A stretch of 64,000 nt of DNA from a bacterium (GTDB taxonomy: Bacteria; Hinthialibacterota; Hinthialibacteria; Hinthialibacterales; Hinthialibacteraceae). The stretch covers positions 896,001 through 960,000 of the forward strand of contig CAXXMV010000002.1 of assembly GCA_963662285.2 (NCBI GenBank), given 5' to 3'. Below, in pieces: positions 41,497 through 52,077 of this stretch; within the stretch, counting starts at the first letter, position 1, and the number at the start of each line of letters is the position of its first letter. Position numbers and translations under genes: made by a program. The notes under the pieces were generated by a model. It saw nothing but the letters and a program-made list of their open reading frames with translations, searched no databases and had not been told where the DNA came from.

Positions 41497-43456
41497 CCTG
41501 AGTTTTCCAAAATGCCTATTCTCCTCATTATAACATGTTAATAAACAAGAGGATATAGAGTTAATTAGTGTATGGTAAATGCCTTTCTATGGAACCAAGA
41601 TCGAACAGATTCCAAAGCCGTTGTTGAATTGAACTGCGGCGCGACACTTTCATGTCGGCGTTTTTGTCATCATAAATCATCAGAATCTCTTTAAGATCGG
41701 TTAGTTCTTCTTTCAACACCGCCGCACTCATTCGCAGTCCGGCGCGGTCGACTTTCTGAAGCATGACTTGAATCAGAACCAAAGCCATCACGCAGCAGAA
41801 TCCAAACGCCCGGATTTTGGTGTCGGTCCAATGACGTCCTGGACGCCATCGAATCAATTCCGGGTCTTTTAGAATTTTGAAATCGTTTTCAACTTTTTCC
41901 TTGCTCAGGTACTGGGTTATGATCCAACCGCTTTCCGCTTTATCGTCCGAACAGAATAGCAAATTTTTTCCATGCCGTTTTCGCTTTGCGTCGATTGCTT
42001 CGGTTTCGGCAAAGATCAACTGATCTTTTTCGTAGGTCACAGTAATATACTTACCAAACCGACGCTCCTCGATCATGCGGAGAATTTTCTTGGGAACAGT
42101 TTTCGGGCGGCGTTTATATGAATTCCATGCATCGAGAATATCCCGCTTGAGTTTGTTGATTCCATTTTGCAGAGTGTGTTCTTGTTTTCTGGCCAACTTG
42201 GAACTGTATGTAAGTACCAGTGCGCAATCGACGCCGAACACATTTCGCTTACATCGGTGAAAGCGGTGAGCCTGAGTTGTTCCTTCGTATTGTTCCAACG
42301 GTAGATCAATCAAATCCGCATAGTGCGAGGGAACCAGGCTGCCCACCCATTGCAGTTTGCCTTGCAGGGAAGCAAAATTTTCCTGACTATTGTTGCCTTT
42401 ATCCAACACCAGCACCAGATTATCTACGTCACGGAAACTAGCCTGTAGACGGGCGATGAGGTCATCAATCAAACCGCCGAAGGTTTTGCTGTCATGGGCA
42501 TTGCCGCGGTAAAGAGTATGAAAAAGAGGGATGCCCCATTCTTTATCAACGCACATCGCCAGCCCCACTTGTTTGAGATGGTGGTGCGAATCTTTGTTGT
42601 GACCACTTTGCGCCAACAGCGCACGAAGCGGCTCTTCGATGTAAGTAAAAAAGTTTGTGGCGTCATAGAAGAAAACGTTTTCCGAGAGGTCGCATTGCTG
42701 TTGCAGATTGTTGATCAAATTCTCTTCGATAGCGCAAAAAATTGAATCGTCCAAACCGACGAAAAGTTCATCCGCCAGTTCGGGTTGATTCTTGCGGCGA
42801 TCTTGCAATTCCTTTTCGCTGATGACATCGTCGGTGACATACCAGAAGGTTTTGCTGTTGAATTTTTTGGGATCGAAATCAAGCAAGTCGGGCAAGATAG
42901 TCGCCGCCGCCCAATCCCCCATTTTTTGTTTGCTGGTGGCGTATTGCAAACGGTTGATGATGGGGAGCAGAAAATAAAGCCAGCGCGGAACGCCATAACG
43001 CTGTCCGGGAATATGTTTTTTCAAAAGAGAAACCAACCCGATCTCAACCGCGGTTTGGTAAATCGCCGCTACGAATCCGAATTCCCGATGGCGCACTTCC
43101 AGAGGAGAGTTTCGTTCTTTCAATTGTTGGTAGATGGAATCAGCAGTGCCGAGATATTCCGAGCGGGTGCGAACCCGGCTTTTGCCGGAACCTGAAGTTT
43201 TACCCTGATTATTAGGATCAATTTTCTCACGCCAAGTGGTTTGATAGTAATAGTAGGTGTTCCCATGAATTTGTTTAGCATAGATTTTACCGGCCATAAT
43301 GTCCCCTCACTCGTGGAATGTAACATTACGTACAGTATAATATACCTACTATACCAGGCTGAAAATTAGTTTTAATTCAACACTACACAAATGAGCACAA
43401 TAAATCTTATGAATTAAAACGTTTAGAGAAATTAATTATAAATTGGAAAACTCAGG
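41497..43456 (-). mobile_element. IS1634-family insertion sequence (1960 bp)
   Basis: Perfect terminal inverted repeats cctgagttttccaa/ttggaaaactcagg; flanks TTGAA and TTTAA. Confidence 0.88.
41561..43297 (-). CDS. IS1634-family transposase
   Basis: YDATN, GHNKD, GNAHD, LDKG, VENDFKILK and RPGRHWTD motifs. Confidence 0.9.
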   Translation of the reverse strand: MAGKIYAKQIHGNTYYYYQTTWREKIDPNNQGKTSGSGKSRVRTRSEYLGTADSIYQQLKERNSPLEVRHREFGFVAAIYQTAVEIGLVSLLKKHIPGQRYGVPRWLYFLLPIINRLQYATSKQKMGDWAAATILPDLLDFDPKKFNSKTFWYVTDDVISEKELQDRRKNQPELADELFVGLDDSIFCAIEENLINNLQQQCDLSENVFFYDATNFFTYIEEPLRALLAQSGHNKDSHHHLKQVGLAMCVDKEWGIPLFHTLYRGNAHDSKTFGGLIDDLIARLQASFRDVDNLVLVLDKGNNSQENFASLQGKLQWVGSLVPSHYADLIDLPLEQYEGTTQAHRFHRCKRNVFGVDCALVLTYSSKLARKQEHTLQNGINKLKRDILDAWNSYKRRPKTVPKKILRMIEERRFGKYITVTYEKDQLIFAETEAIDAKRKRHGKNLLFCSDDKAESGWIITQYLSKEKVENDFKILKDPELIRWRPGRHWTDTKIRAFGFCCVMALVLIQVMLQKVDRAGLRMSAAVLKEELTDLKEILMIYDDKNADMKVSRRSSIQQRLWNLFDLGSIERHLPYTN

Positions 43457-43497
43457 TTTAAATGCTAGATTTATGAAGACTTAGAAAATCCCTTACT

Positions 43498-43607
43498 CTG
43501 CTTTGGGAGCAGTGGGTCGGGAGTTCGAATCTCTCCGCCCCGATAATTTAAGTCATTCATATTTGGTCATTTAGAGTTTTTCTAAATGACCTTTATTTTT
43601 GTCAATT
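43498..43607 (+). repeat. tRNA-Pro(TGG) 3' fragment plus terminator; att-like copy inverted relative to 63242..63351
   Basis: 109/110 identical to the reverse complement of 63242..63351; starts in the anticodon stem; includes a ggtcatttaga/tctaaatgacc hairpin and T-tract. Confidence 0.95.
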
Positions 43608-43692
43608 TAAATAAGAATCCCAATTCTCGAAATATAGCAATTCCCCAACAATTTACCCTACGTGAATATAATTGTGGTGCAGCACTCTTCTA

Positions 43693-44571
43693 TTACTTGT
43701 CGATAAGTGCGTCAAGAAACTTGTAGAATTCCAGAGTCGCCGGATCATCGGGTTTGCCAAGATCATTATTCAACTGGCTGTGGTTACTCTCCCGTTTGCC
43801 GAAGGCCTTGGCCGAGATGCCAGCGTCCTTCAGCACGGCTTCCAGGCGCCCTGCCTGAGCGCGGGTGTCGGGATTGCCGGAAAAGAACAGTAGCAGGAAC
43901 GGCGGTATGCCTTTGTTCTTCGCAACGTGCGTCACAGCTGAGAAGTCGACGTGTTTAACCGGATCGTTCCCAAATTTCTGCCGATGACCAAACGTGAACA
44001 TCTTGCCGCCATAGATAGTCTGCCGATGCTCAGCCGTCATGATGATTTTGGGAATATCATAAGTGTCGCCATCCACCGGTACGCACCCCTTGAGGACTTC
44101 AAACGAGACGCCTTCTTCCTTCAGGTAACGATCATCGATGCAAATTAAAGCAGCTAGTTGAGCGCCAGCGGAATGTCCACCGACAAAGATTCGCTTTGGA
44201 TCGCCGCCATATTGCGCGATATTTCTGTGCACCCAGCCCAGCGATTTGGCGACGTCGCGGATCAGCGCATCCATCTCCACGTCGGGTAAGAGACGGTAGT
44301 TGGTAGATACGAAGACAAATCCTCGCTCAGTCAACACTTTGGGTTTTAGCGCAACATCGCTCTTATCTCCAGTCTGCCATCCACCGCCGTGTATCCAGAA
44401 CATGACAGGCAATCGTCCATCAACCTCTTTTTCGGGTGTGTAAATATCGAGAACCTGTCGTTCATGACCATTCTCGACATAGGGGATATCAGTCGTTAAC
44501 TTCTGCGTACTACCGATGTTGCAGAAGGATAGAAATGAGAGCGCAAAAACAGCGATAAGTTTTAAGTTCAT
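43693..44571 (-). CDS. Secreted alpha/beta hydrolase (HSL-like esterase)
   Basis: HGGGW, NYRL and GHSAG motifs; signal peptide. Confidence 0.9.
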   Translation of the reverse strand: MNLKLIAVFALSFLSFCNIGSTQKLTTDIPYVENGHERQVLDIYTPEKEVDGRLPVMFWIHGGGWQTGDKSDVALKPKVLTERGFVFVSTNYRLLPDVEMDALIRDVAKSLGWVHRNIAQYGGDPKRIFVGGHSAGAQLAALICIDDRYLKEEGVSFEVLKGCVPVDGDTYDIPKIIMTAEHRQTIYGGKMFTFGHRQKFGNDPVKHVDFSAVTHVAKNKGIPPFLLLFFSGNPDTRAQAGRLEAVLKDAGISAKAFGKRESNHSQLNNDLGKPDDPATLEFYKFLDALIDK

Positions 44572-44686
44572 GATAAGGAATTCCTTAGTAAAAGAATTTA
44601 TCTACGCGTTCTGATCCGGTATCAATTGTGACATCGTCACACAAGTTTAGCAAGAAACCTCACATTAAGTGTACTGAATCCAAATG

Positions 44687-47600
44687 TTATTGATGTGCGC
44701 GTGCGATATCGAGCTGGGCCTCATGAATGGCGCTACGCTGAATTCTTGGATTCTGTTCTAACGCTTTTTGGAGTTGGGCTGCTGCTTCCTGTGTATTATT
44801 TCTTTCTTCAAGAATCAGAGAATACAAATAATGGCCGATTGCTTTACGGTTGCCCCGGTATTCAAATTCGCCGGAAGTCAGTTTTTGCGCCTGTTTTTCT
44901 AATTGATTGATAATCGAATTGTATTTTTCGCTATTATCTAGCGCCTTATATGCCAATGCTTGATAAAAAGAACCCAGGTGAAGCCGGGTATACTTTTCGG
45001 AAATGATTTGCTTGAGAAATTGCTCAGCCTTCGTTTTTTCATTCATAGCTAAATAAGTCTTGGCTAGATTCCAATTGACATGAGCGCGGAAATCTGGAGT
45101 ACGCGCTGCGACTTCAAGATTTTCGGGATAAAGACAGGCTTCTTCATAATGTTTCAAAGCGGTCTGAAAATCCTTTGCGTCAAAAGCCAGATCCCCGAGT
45201 TTTTGATTGACTTCAACCCACGCATGATGAACGCCGTATTTTCCTTCCCAACTATGGAAATGATGGTTGCGAAGCGTTTGATAGGCTTTGCTCAACCGGT
45301 CCTTGTCTCCTGTTAAGAGCCGCAGATCGATTAAGCGGGAAATGAGGTCATCACGGGTATTAACCACATCGATTTGATTTTCCAGGTTTTGCAAACGTTC
45401 GGAAACTGGTTTTTGCAGAGTTTCACAAATTGTCTCATATTCCAGCAAGGCGCGGGCATCTTGTGGATTTATTTCAAGCGTTTTTTCATAGGCTTGCAGC
45501 GCAGCGTTCAAGTCATGATTCAAAAATCGTTCACCATACCCGATATTGCGCCAGGCGTGTGCATGTCGATCATTATATTGCGCGGCCTTCAGCCAATGCG
45601 CAAAGCCGTCTTGCAACTGTCCACTGGCATAAAGCAGGTTGCCAAGGAACAGATGGGCGTTGGCATCCTGCTCATGATAACGGATGGCCGCTTCCAGAGC
45701 GGCTTTGCCTTCCAGGCGGTGTGGATTGGTGTAGTCAACCAGACCTTTTTGCGCCCGGACATAGAAATCGGCCGCCTGGTCAGAATTCCCCAAAAGTTCT
45801 TGAAAATATCCCCTGAAATAATTCACCATTGGATTTAATTCGGAATCCGCTTTTGTGTTAGAGAACATTGCAAGGATTGAATCTGCCGTTTGGTAAAGAC
45901 CAGCGTTGGCGTAAGCAGTCGCCAATGTCAGATAATTTTGAACTTCATCCCGCATAAGACGTTCCCAGTCTCTTTGCCCTGAACGCTCCGGCTCATTGAT
46001 TGACAATGAAACAAGCATTTTTTCACAAGCAGCCATGAAATTGAGTGGATCAAGTTCCATGGCGTGATCCGCTGCATGGAGCGCTTCGGATCGTTTCCCT
46101 TGATGACGGAATGCCGCCGCTTTTAGAGCGTACAGATCGGCGAATTTTCCGTTTTGGCTGATCGCTTCATCAAGTTTTTCGATGGCCGCCTTGAATTCAC
46201 CTCTGCGCAAGTCGATTTTCGCCAGGTTATAATAGGCGGCTGAGAAGAATCTATAAGTATATGTCGCCCTATAGAACATATCGTATGCTTTGGCGAAATC
46301 TTGGAGACCGACATACGCCAGGCCATTTCCAAAGTAAATGCGTGAATTGTCGTTATCACGTTCCCGGGCGCGATTTAGATATTGCAAGGCTTCATTCCAC
46401 TTGCCCTGCTTGAGAGCAAGATACCCCATTTCTATATTAACCCGCGTATCCCCTGGATCCTTTTTGAGCGCTTCTTGATAATAGGTTAAGCCTTGTTTAG
46501 TCCGTCGAAATTTATCCAGCCATTCGCCTGAGCGGTAGAGTTGATCCTGGTTCATTTTCTTAGGATCGCCCGGATCACGGTCTCCCGGAGGCAAATCAAC
46601 TTGTTTTGGTTTTTGTTGCTGCAACTCGATGCAAAGATTGTCTTGAGCGTCATACACCGCGAGATGAAGATCGTAAACCGTGTCGCCTTCATCGGTTTCC
46701 ACCTCGACTGTATAGGGTTTATCCGGCGCAATCGCTTTTGTTTCGTTCGATAGAATGACGTCAGTCCGGGTGTTTTTCAGCACGATTTTGGCATTAGGTA
46801 CAATACCCGTGGGATAGACGGCGCCAAAAGCTTTCCCGTCTTTCAAATCGGTATTGACTGCGAAATCTTTATTAGCGTTTTGAATGCCGCGAGTATCCCG
46901 AACCGGATACCAGTAATCATGTGCGGTTTTGACTTCGTTCGGCCACATCCAGTGATAATCGGGCTGGTTATCGCTCCAGGCGCCAGCCTGCGGCTCAAAA
47001 TAAGGGCCTCCGCCTTCAGTCAAGATATCTTCCCAAATGCGTCCCGAAGGACCGGAACCCCATGTCCAGAGTTTTTTACCAGGCATGATATGATGATCCG
47101 CCACATGAATCATTCCGCCATTTTCACGATGGTCATAAGTTCCAAACCAGTCGGAAGGGTTGTTAAAAGCGAAATAACTGCTGGCGTTGGGAGAATTTTT
47201 CCACCAGGTTAAATCGATCCCATCGTGGATGGGCCAATTCCAAAACTGGTGTTTTCCATGTCCGGTAACCATATCTCCGGGATACTGAGCTTGCGTCCAC
47301 TCATTCGCATGAGTCGCTGATGTTGCCCAAAATTGGAATGAGTGTTGTTGGTTGGTTGGATTGATAAAAATGTAATCACAGCGGATATTACTACGGCCAG
47401 GGAAAGCGGTCATGCCGACCAGCCACCTCATGCCGTATATCCGATCAGTTTCTCCCACCCAAACCGTCGCGCTGCCATCATCATGGTGAACGATTCGCCA
47501 ATCCACTGGCATAAAGCAGGACGGACGGTGCCCGTGAGGGAAATTCCATTCAATACCTCCGGATATCCATGCACCCGTCATGCCGATCAGGCCGGGTTTT

Positions 47601-47983
47601 ATAGTTTCCTGCCAGTACATCCAGACATAACCATTGGTTTTATCGCGTGCGCCGTGGAGCCTCCCACCGATTTCTGGAAGAATGAGAACTTGTATAAATT
47701 CGTTTTCCAGAAATACGCCTTTGTATGTTTTATCCACTTTATGATTGGTCAATATCTCATTGAGAGTGTAAGGATAAATAGCGCTGCCAGAATCGAAAAA
47801 GTTGGAATGAACTTGAAGCGGACCGGTTTCCCATGTGGGAATGCTAATCTCTTTTTCATAGGCTTTCACTTCAGCATGAACATTGATTTGAAAGAAAATC
47901 GAGAAGGCGAACACAATGAAAATAAACAGATTATTCATAGTATTTTTCCCTTTGCATAGAACAAGGTAGAAGGATATTCTCAT
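44687..47983 (-). CDS. DUF5107 domain + TPR protein
   Basis: LENE...LPEIGGR, IKPGLIG..GAWISGGIEWNFP.GHRP and PGKKLWTWG motifs, many TPRs; true start may be MNNLF. Confidence 0.85.
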   Translation of the reverse strand: MRISFYLVLCKGKNTMNNLFIFIVFAFSIFFQINVHAEVKAYEKEISIPTWETGPLQVHSNFFDSGSAIYPYTLNEILTNHKVDKTYKGVFLENEFIQVLILPEIGGRLHGARDKTNGYVWMYWQETIKPGLIGMTGAWISGGIEWNFPHGHRPSCFMPVDWRIVHHDDGSATVWVGETDRIYGMRWLVGMTAFPGRSNIRCDYIFINPTNQQHSFQFWATSATHANEWTQAQYPGDMVTGHGKHQFWNWPIHDGIDLTWWKNSPNASSYFAFNNPSDWFGTYDHRENGGMIHVADHHIMPGKKLWTWGSGPSGRIWEDILTEGGGPYFEPQAGAWSDNQPDYHWMWPNEVKTAHDYWYPVRDTRGIQNANKDFAVNTDLKDGKAFGAVYPTGIVPNAKIVLKNTRTDVILSNETKAIAPDKPYTVEVETDEGDTVYDLHLAVYDAQDNLCIELQQQKPKQVDLPPGDRDPGDPKKMNQDQLYRSGEWLDKFRRTKQGLTYYQEALKKDPGDTRVNIEMGYLALKQGKWNEALQYLNRARERDNDNSRIYFGNGLAYVGLQDFAKAYDMFYRATYTYRFFSAAYYNLAKIDLRRGEFKAAIEKLDEAISQNGKFADLYALKAAAFRHQGKRSEALHAADHAMELDPLNFMAACEKMLVSLSINEPERSGQRDWERLMRDEVQNYLTLATAYANAGLYQTADSILAMFSNTKADSELNPMVNYFRGYFQELLGNSDQAADFYVRAQKGLVDYTNPHRLEGKAALEAAIRYHEQDANAHLFLGNLLYASGQLQDGFAHWLKAAQYNDRHAHAWRNIGYGERFLNHDLNAALQAYEKTLEINPQDARALLEYETICETLQKPVSERLQNLENQIDVVNTRDDLISRLIDLRLLTGDKDRLSKAYQTLRNHHFHSWEGKYGVHHAWVEVNQKLGDLAFDAKDFQTALKHYEEACLYPENLEVAARTPDFRAHVNWNLAKTYLAMNEKTKAEQFLKQIISEKYTRLHLGSFYQALAYKALDNSEKYNSIINQLEKQAQKLTSGEFEYRGNRKAIGHYLYSLILEERNNTQEAAAQLQKALEQNPRIQRSAIHEAQLDIARAHQ

Positions 47984-48037
47984 TAATACCGATTTTCACA
48001 CGACGCTAAAGAAGAATCAAGATTAAGGTAGCAGATG

Positions 48038-48352
48038 TTTTGCATCCGTATACGAGAACGCAGAATATATTGAAAAGTAGTAACAGGTCAGCCATATGAA
48101 GTAGTAACACTATAACTATGTTTTATACAAGGCTTTTTTATTAAAATTCTCCCCCCAGGTTTGGGGTAGGGATAACGCACTTCAATTGGCTGACCAGTTA
48201 TGAAAAGTATTGATTTACAATTTAATCCAAATTGAAATTAAACATTTTTGCACCAAATGGCTTCTTCACACCTCTTTAATGTCCCTTTGCCAGCCGTTTT
48301 TCGTTTATTGAGCGCTCACCTTGCCGCCTGTGCATTACCCTTAAATCCAACC
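48038..48352 (+). repeat. Degenerate ~200-bp direct repeat, copy 1 (interrupted by a MITE)
   Basis: Shares ttttgcatccg, cagaatatattgaa, aaacattttt, gcttcttcacacc, tttattgag and aaatccaacc in the same order with 53959..54158. Confidence 0.8.
48081..48200. mobile_element. 120-bp MITE-like element
   Basis: Terminal inverted repeats taacaggtcagccatatgaagt / acttcaattggctgaccagtta (19/22); flanking tgaaaagtag/tgaaaagtat; absent from the paralogous copy at ~53992. Confidence 0.75.
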
Positions 48353-48448
48353 AGTATGTTGTTCTTACTAATAAATCCAAAGATTCACTTTTCTATCGTT
48401 TTACAATTTGGATATCTATCACAATTGATAGAAAGAATATTTTAGAGA

Positions 48449-49492
48449 CTATTCGTTTACATTCACAACTAATTTTGAAAATGCAGATTGCCGAATTGCT
48501 TCCATTATCGCCATTACGCGCCGGATATGCGCAGGGGGAACCATTAAAGGTTCTTGTTTCTGAAGTGCGGCGTATAGATTCCTATAAAATAAAATGCCTT
48601 CAGGTACAATTCGATCTGGAACCGGATACTCAATCTCAATTTGTTCCCGGATTCCTTGGGTCTTGGCAACTATACGACGAACTACCGCTGGGCCAATATC
48701 GCTTTCTAGTAAAATAGAACCTTCTTGACCGATCACGTACCACCGGGGAAAATGATGGGGCGTAATGCGGGAATTTTCCGCCTTTACATTCAATCCATCT
48801 TCATACATCAAACTCGCAAAATATGCAGTCTCAACTTCATCTGACCATACAGCAATCTTCGTCTCCGCATAAACAGTAGCAATCGGTCCGGGCGCCAGCA
48901 ATAGAAGTTGATCAATATCGTGGGGGACGCAATCGTAAATCACACCACCGCCATAAGCTTTTTCCTGGCGCCAGGTTGGCCGATATTCCTGCGCCGGATA
49001 AGCCAAGGTGGAATCATATTTCATGCGCCGGGATTCGATTCCCAAGACCTTACCCACAACGTTTTCGGATAGAATTTTTTGAATGCAAGCAAATCCCGGT
49101 TCCCATCTTCGATTCTGAAACAGGCTCAGTAAACGCCCGGATTTTTCGGCTGTTTGCAGAATCCGGGCGGTTCCCGGTAGATCTAACGCCAGGGGTTTGT
49201 CGACCAGTAAATCTTTTTCAGCGGCAAGCGCCTGCAAAGCAATGGTTTCATGACTGGCGGTGGGCGTTGAAATGACGACTAGCCTGATTTGCTCATCAGA
49301 TAGAAACGTATCAAGGTCCGAAAAAATTCGCGCATTAGGAAGTCGGGATGAAGCAATTTCACGCCGTGCAGGAGTCGTATCACAACCAGCGACAATCTCT
49401 AATCCCTCTGTTGCTTCAATACACGGTACGTGAATTTCTAATCCACTTTTACCTAGTCCTACAATTCCCACTCCAATCATATCATTCACCAT
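48449..49492 (-). CDS. Gfo/Idh/MocA-family oxidoreductase
   Basis: GIVGLG, DKPLA, FQNRRW and GGGVIYD..PH.ID motifs. Confidence 0.92.
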   Translation of the reverse strand: MVNDMIGVGIVGLGKSGLEIHVPCIEATEGLEIVAGCDTTPARREIASSRLPNARIFSDLDTFLSDEQIRLVVISTPTASHETIALQALAAEKDLLVDKPLALDLPGTARILQTAEKSGRLLSLFQNRRWEPGFACIQKILSENVVGKVLGIESRRMKYDSTLAYPAQEYRPTWRQEKAYGGGVIYDCVPHDIDQLLLLAPGPIATVYAETKIAVWSDEVETAYFASLMYEDGLNVKAENSRITPHHFPRWYVIGQEGSILLESDIGPAVVRRIVAKTQGIREQIEIEYPVPDRIVPEGILFYRNLYAALQKQEPLMVPPAHIRRVMAIMEAIRQSAFSKLVVNVNE

Positions 49493-50840
49493 TAATATTA
49501 GTTTTCAGGTTCAAGCGGGATTTCATCCACTTGGCTTGTACAAGAAGAAAAAGAAGCATGATGGTTGCCATGACGCTCATGCAGACGCAAAGGATTTTGA
49601 ACGGTTCGAAGCTACCATAATAACGGTATAGCGCTCCGATAACCGGCTCCTGGATGATTGGTCCAATGCTGCCGATACCGTTTATCACGCCGACGGCGGA
49701 AAGCGCGTCTCGCCGTCCCGCTATAGCAATGGCGCCGGCGCCATTAATAATACTGTCTGGACCATAGAGCATGAATCCGACTAATCCATACAAACACGCC
49801 AAAATGAAAGGGCTTCTTGAACCATAAACAATAACCAGAATATAGGCTAACGTCATCCCGATAGTCATCGTCAGACAAAGCAAGCGCCAGTTTCCTTTGA
49901 AGATGCGATCCAGCGCCCATCCTGAAAGAATCACTCCGGCAAAACCAGCCCAATCAAAGATTGACGAATAATACGCAGCGAGCTCGCCGGATAAATGGCT
50001 TTCTACGGTCAAGAAATAAGGCAGCCAGGAATCCAATGAATAGCGCAAAAACTTTAAGGTGAAATAGGTCAGGCCCATACAAACAATCACGGGATTACTC
50101 AACACGCGGAAAAAACCACCGAAAGTCATATTTAAGGCAGGATTAATTTTTTTCTCTTTTTCATTGATTTGCGCTTCATCATCATGGGTTATGATAGGTT
50201 CTAAACCGACATCTTCCGGGCAGTTGCGGTGCCAGAAATAAACAACGAGCCAGATCAAACCCATGCCAACGGAACAAGCCCAAAATGCTGTACGCCATCC
50301 CGTATATCCAAGCATGAATCCAGCCAGAAATTTAACACCCAGGTTTCCTGCGAGGTAATTGGTATTCCAGATTCCCATGATTCGACCGCGTTCCTCTTTC
50401 CGCAGCCAATGCGCCACTCCGCCCACATTGCCAGGCCAACCGCTGGCTTGCGCCAGACCGTTTAAAATCATGAAACCCACAAACGTTTCGAACGAATTGG
50501 CAAAGCCGAAAATGATGTTACATCCCAAGGAAATAGCCATCCCCGTCAGTAAAAGAATACGGGAGCCAAGTTTCCGCCCTAACATACCATTAATAAACTG
50601 GCCTACCATGTAGGCAACTAAAAATGCTGTCCAAATATGCGCTACACCCAATGCATCAAGTGAAAATTCGTCGCCGATACTTTTTTTACATACTGAAAAT
50701 GCTTTCCGGCAAAGATAGTATCCTGCATAGCTGGAATAGGTGGCTATAAGAATCCGCCATCGCCACTTACTTTGCTCTTTTTGCAAAGGCGGCAGTGTTT
50801 TCGATATGTTACCTGTCTTATGATTGGTTGCAGAATTCAT
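49482..50840 (-). CDS. MFS transporter, organophosphate:Pi antiporter (GlpT/UhpT-like)
   Basis: YYLCRKAF, Q..GWP, ERG..MGIW, PEDVGL and YGPDS motifs. Confidence 0.88.
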   Translation of the reverse strand: MNSATNHKTGNISKTLPPLQKEQSKWRWRILIATYSSYAGYYLCRKAFSVCKKSIGDEFSLDALGVAHIWTAFLVAYMVGQFINGMLGRKLGSRILLLTGMAISLGCNIIFGFANSFETFVGFMILNGLAQASGWPGNVGGVAHWLRKEERGRIMGIWNTNYLAGNLGVKFLAGFMLGYTGWRTAFWACSVGMGLIWLVVYFWHRNCPEDVGLEPIITHDDEAQINEKEKKINPALNMTFGGFFRVLSNPVIVCMGLTYFTLKFLRYSLDSWLPYFLTVESHLSGELAAYYSSIFDWAGFAGVILSGWALDRIFKGNWRLLCLTMTIGMTLAYILVIVYGSRSPFILACLYGLVGFMLYGPDSIINGAGAIAIAGRRDALSAVGVINGIGSIGPIIQEPVIGALYRYYGSFEPFKILCVCMSVMATIMLLFLLVQAKWMKSRLNLKTNINGE

Positions 50841-50855
50841 AGTTTTGAGTCAGAT

Positions 50856-52001
50856 TTATAATGATTTCAATATTTCCTGAACAGCCCAAATAAGGTAGCC
50901 TACTTCATCCTCTGTGTAACCTGGAAAAATCGGCAATCCAAAAAGGGTTTGAGCCACTTGCTCCATGATTGGACAGGGTTGAAAATCCCCAACCGCCTTC
51001 GCAATAACTGGAAAATCGTACCAAGGTTCATATTGAAAAGATGTTTCGATGCCGTAATCAGTCAATATTTTTTGTCGCAACGCTTCACGCGTTGCACCAA
51101 ACACAGAAGAGTCAAGCCGACAGGGGTACATATGATACGAATGCGTTATGCCTTTCGGCTCAAAAGGCGTGATAAATCCTTCAATACCTTGAAAGGCTTT
51201 GGACATTCTTCGCCCGATTGCTCTGCGCTTTGCATTAACGCTATCCAAGCGTTTCAGTTGTTCGATCCCAATCGCGCATTGCACCGCTGATAGCCGATAG
51301 TTGCTTCCCGCTTGTTCATCATGATCGTAGTTGCGCAATTTCCTGGCGCGTTCAGCATATTCCTGGTGAATGGTAGTCAGCATTCCTCCTTCACCTAGTG
51401 TGCTTATGTTCTTTTGCGATTGAAAACTAAAACATGAAATATCGGCCCATGCCCCGCATTTCACATCCTTATACACCGAGCCTAGTGCATGAGCCGCATC
51501 TTCGAGAACCGGGATTCCATAGTTATGGCCGATTCGCATTACGGCATTCGCATCAAGCGGCAGGCCCGCGTAGTCAATCACATAAATCGCCTTGGTGTTT
51601 GAGGTAATACTCGCTTCGAGTAAATTCAAATCAACGTTTAAACTATCTGGATCGATATCCACTGGAACCGGCCGCGCTCCAGCCAAGACGATTGGCAACA
51701 CCGTAGCCTTAAACGTCAGTGCAGTAACAAGGACTTCATCACCCGGTCCGATGTCCAATAGCCGAGTTGCCAATTCCAAAGCAGTGCCGCCCGAACTCAC
51801 CGTAATCGCGTGCTTCACGCCTATATACGCGGCGAATTGGTTTTCAAACTCAACGATCTCTGGAGAACGACGGTCCAGTGGACGGCGTTTTTCAATCGCG
51901 TCTCGAATAATCTCTACCAATACCCTTTCTTCTTCTTGGCCAAAAATTGCACCGGTATAGGGCCAGGGAATCTCAAATTGCTTCGGGGTGTAAGTTTGCA
52001 T
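50856..52001 (-). CDS. DegT/DnrJ/EryC1/StrS PLP aminotransferase
   Basis: SSGGTAL, EDAAHA, SFQSQKNISTLGEGG and NYR motifs. Confidence 0.93.
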   Translation of the reverse strand: MQTYTPKQFEIPWPYTGAIFGQEEERVLVEIIRDAIEKRRPLDRRSPEIVEFENQFAAYIGVKHAITVSSGGTALELATRLLDIGPGDEVLVTALTFKATVLPIVLAGARPVPVDIDPDSLNVDLNLLEASITSNTKAIYVIDYAGLPLDANAVMRIGHNYGIPVLEDAAHALGSVYKDVKCGAWADISCFSFQSQKNISTLGEGGMLTTIHQEYAERARKLRNYDHDEQAGSNYRLSAVQCAIGIEQLKRLDSVNAKRRAIGRRMSKAFQGIEGFITPFEPKGITHSYHMYPCRLDSSVFGATREALRQKILTDYGIETSFQYEPWYDFPVIAKAVGDFQPCPIMEQVAQTLFGLPIFPGYTEDEVGYLIWAVQEILKSL

Positions 52002-52077
52002 TATTTATCGGATCGTTCGATTTGGTGATATTGAGGTTAAAAATATTATCTTATCATAGAAGATGAACGCTAAATCA

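Noticed and set aside
44627-44641. CRP-like site TGTGAC-atc-GTCACA
   Set aside because: Spacing is one base short of TGTGA-N6-TCACA; single occurrence, regulator unknown.
48126-48137. tacaaggctttt shared between the MITE interior and 53951..53962
   Set aside because: Only 12 bp and out of register with the repeat alignment; probably chance.
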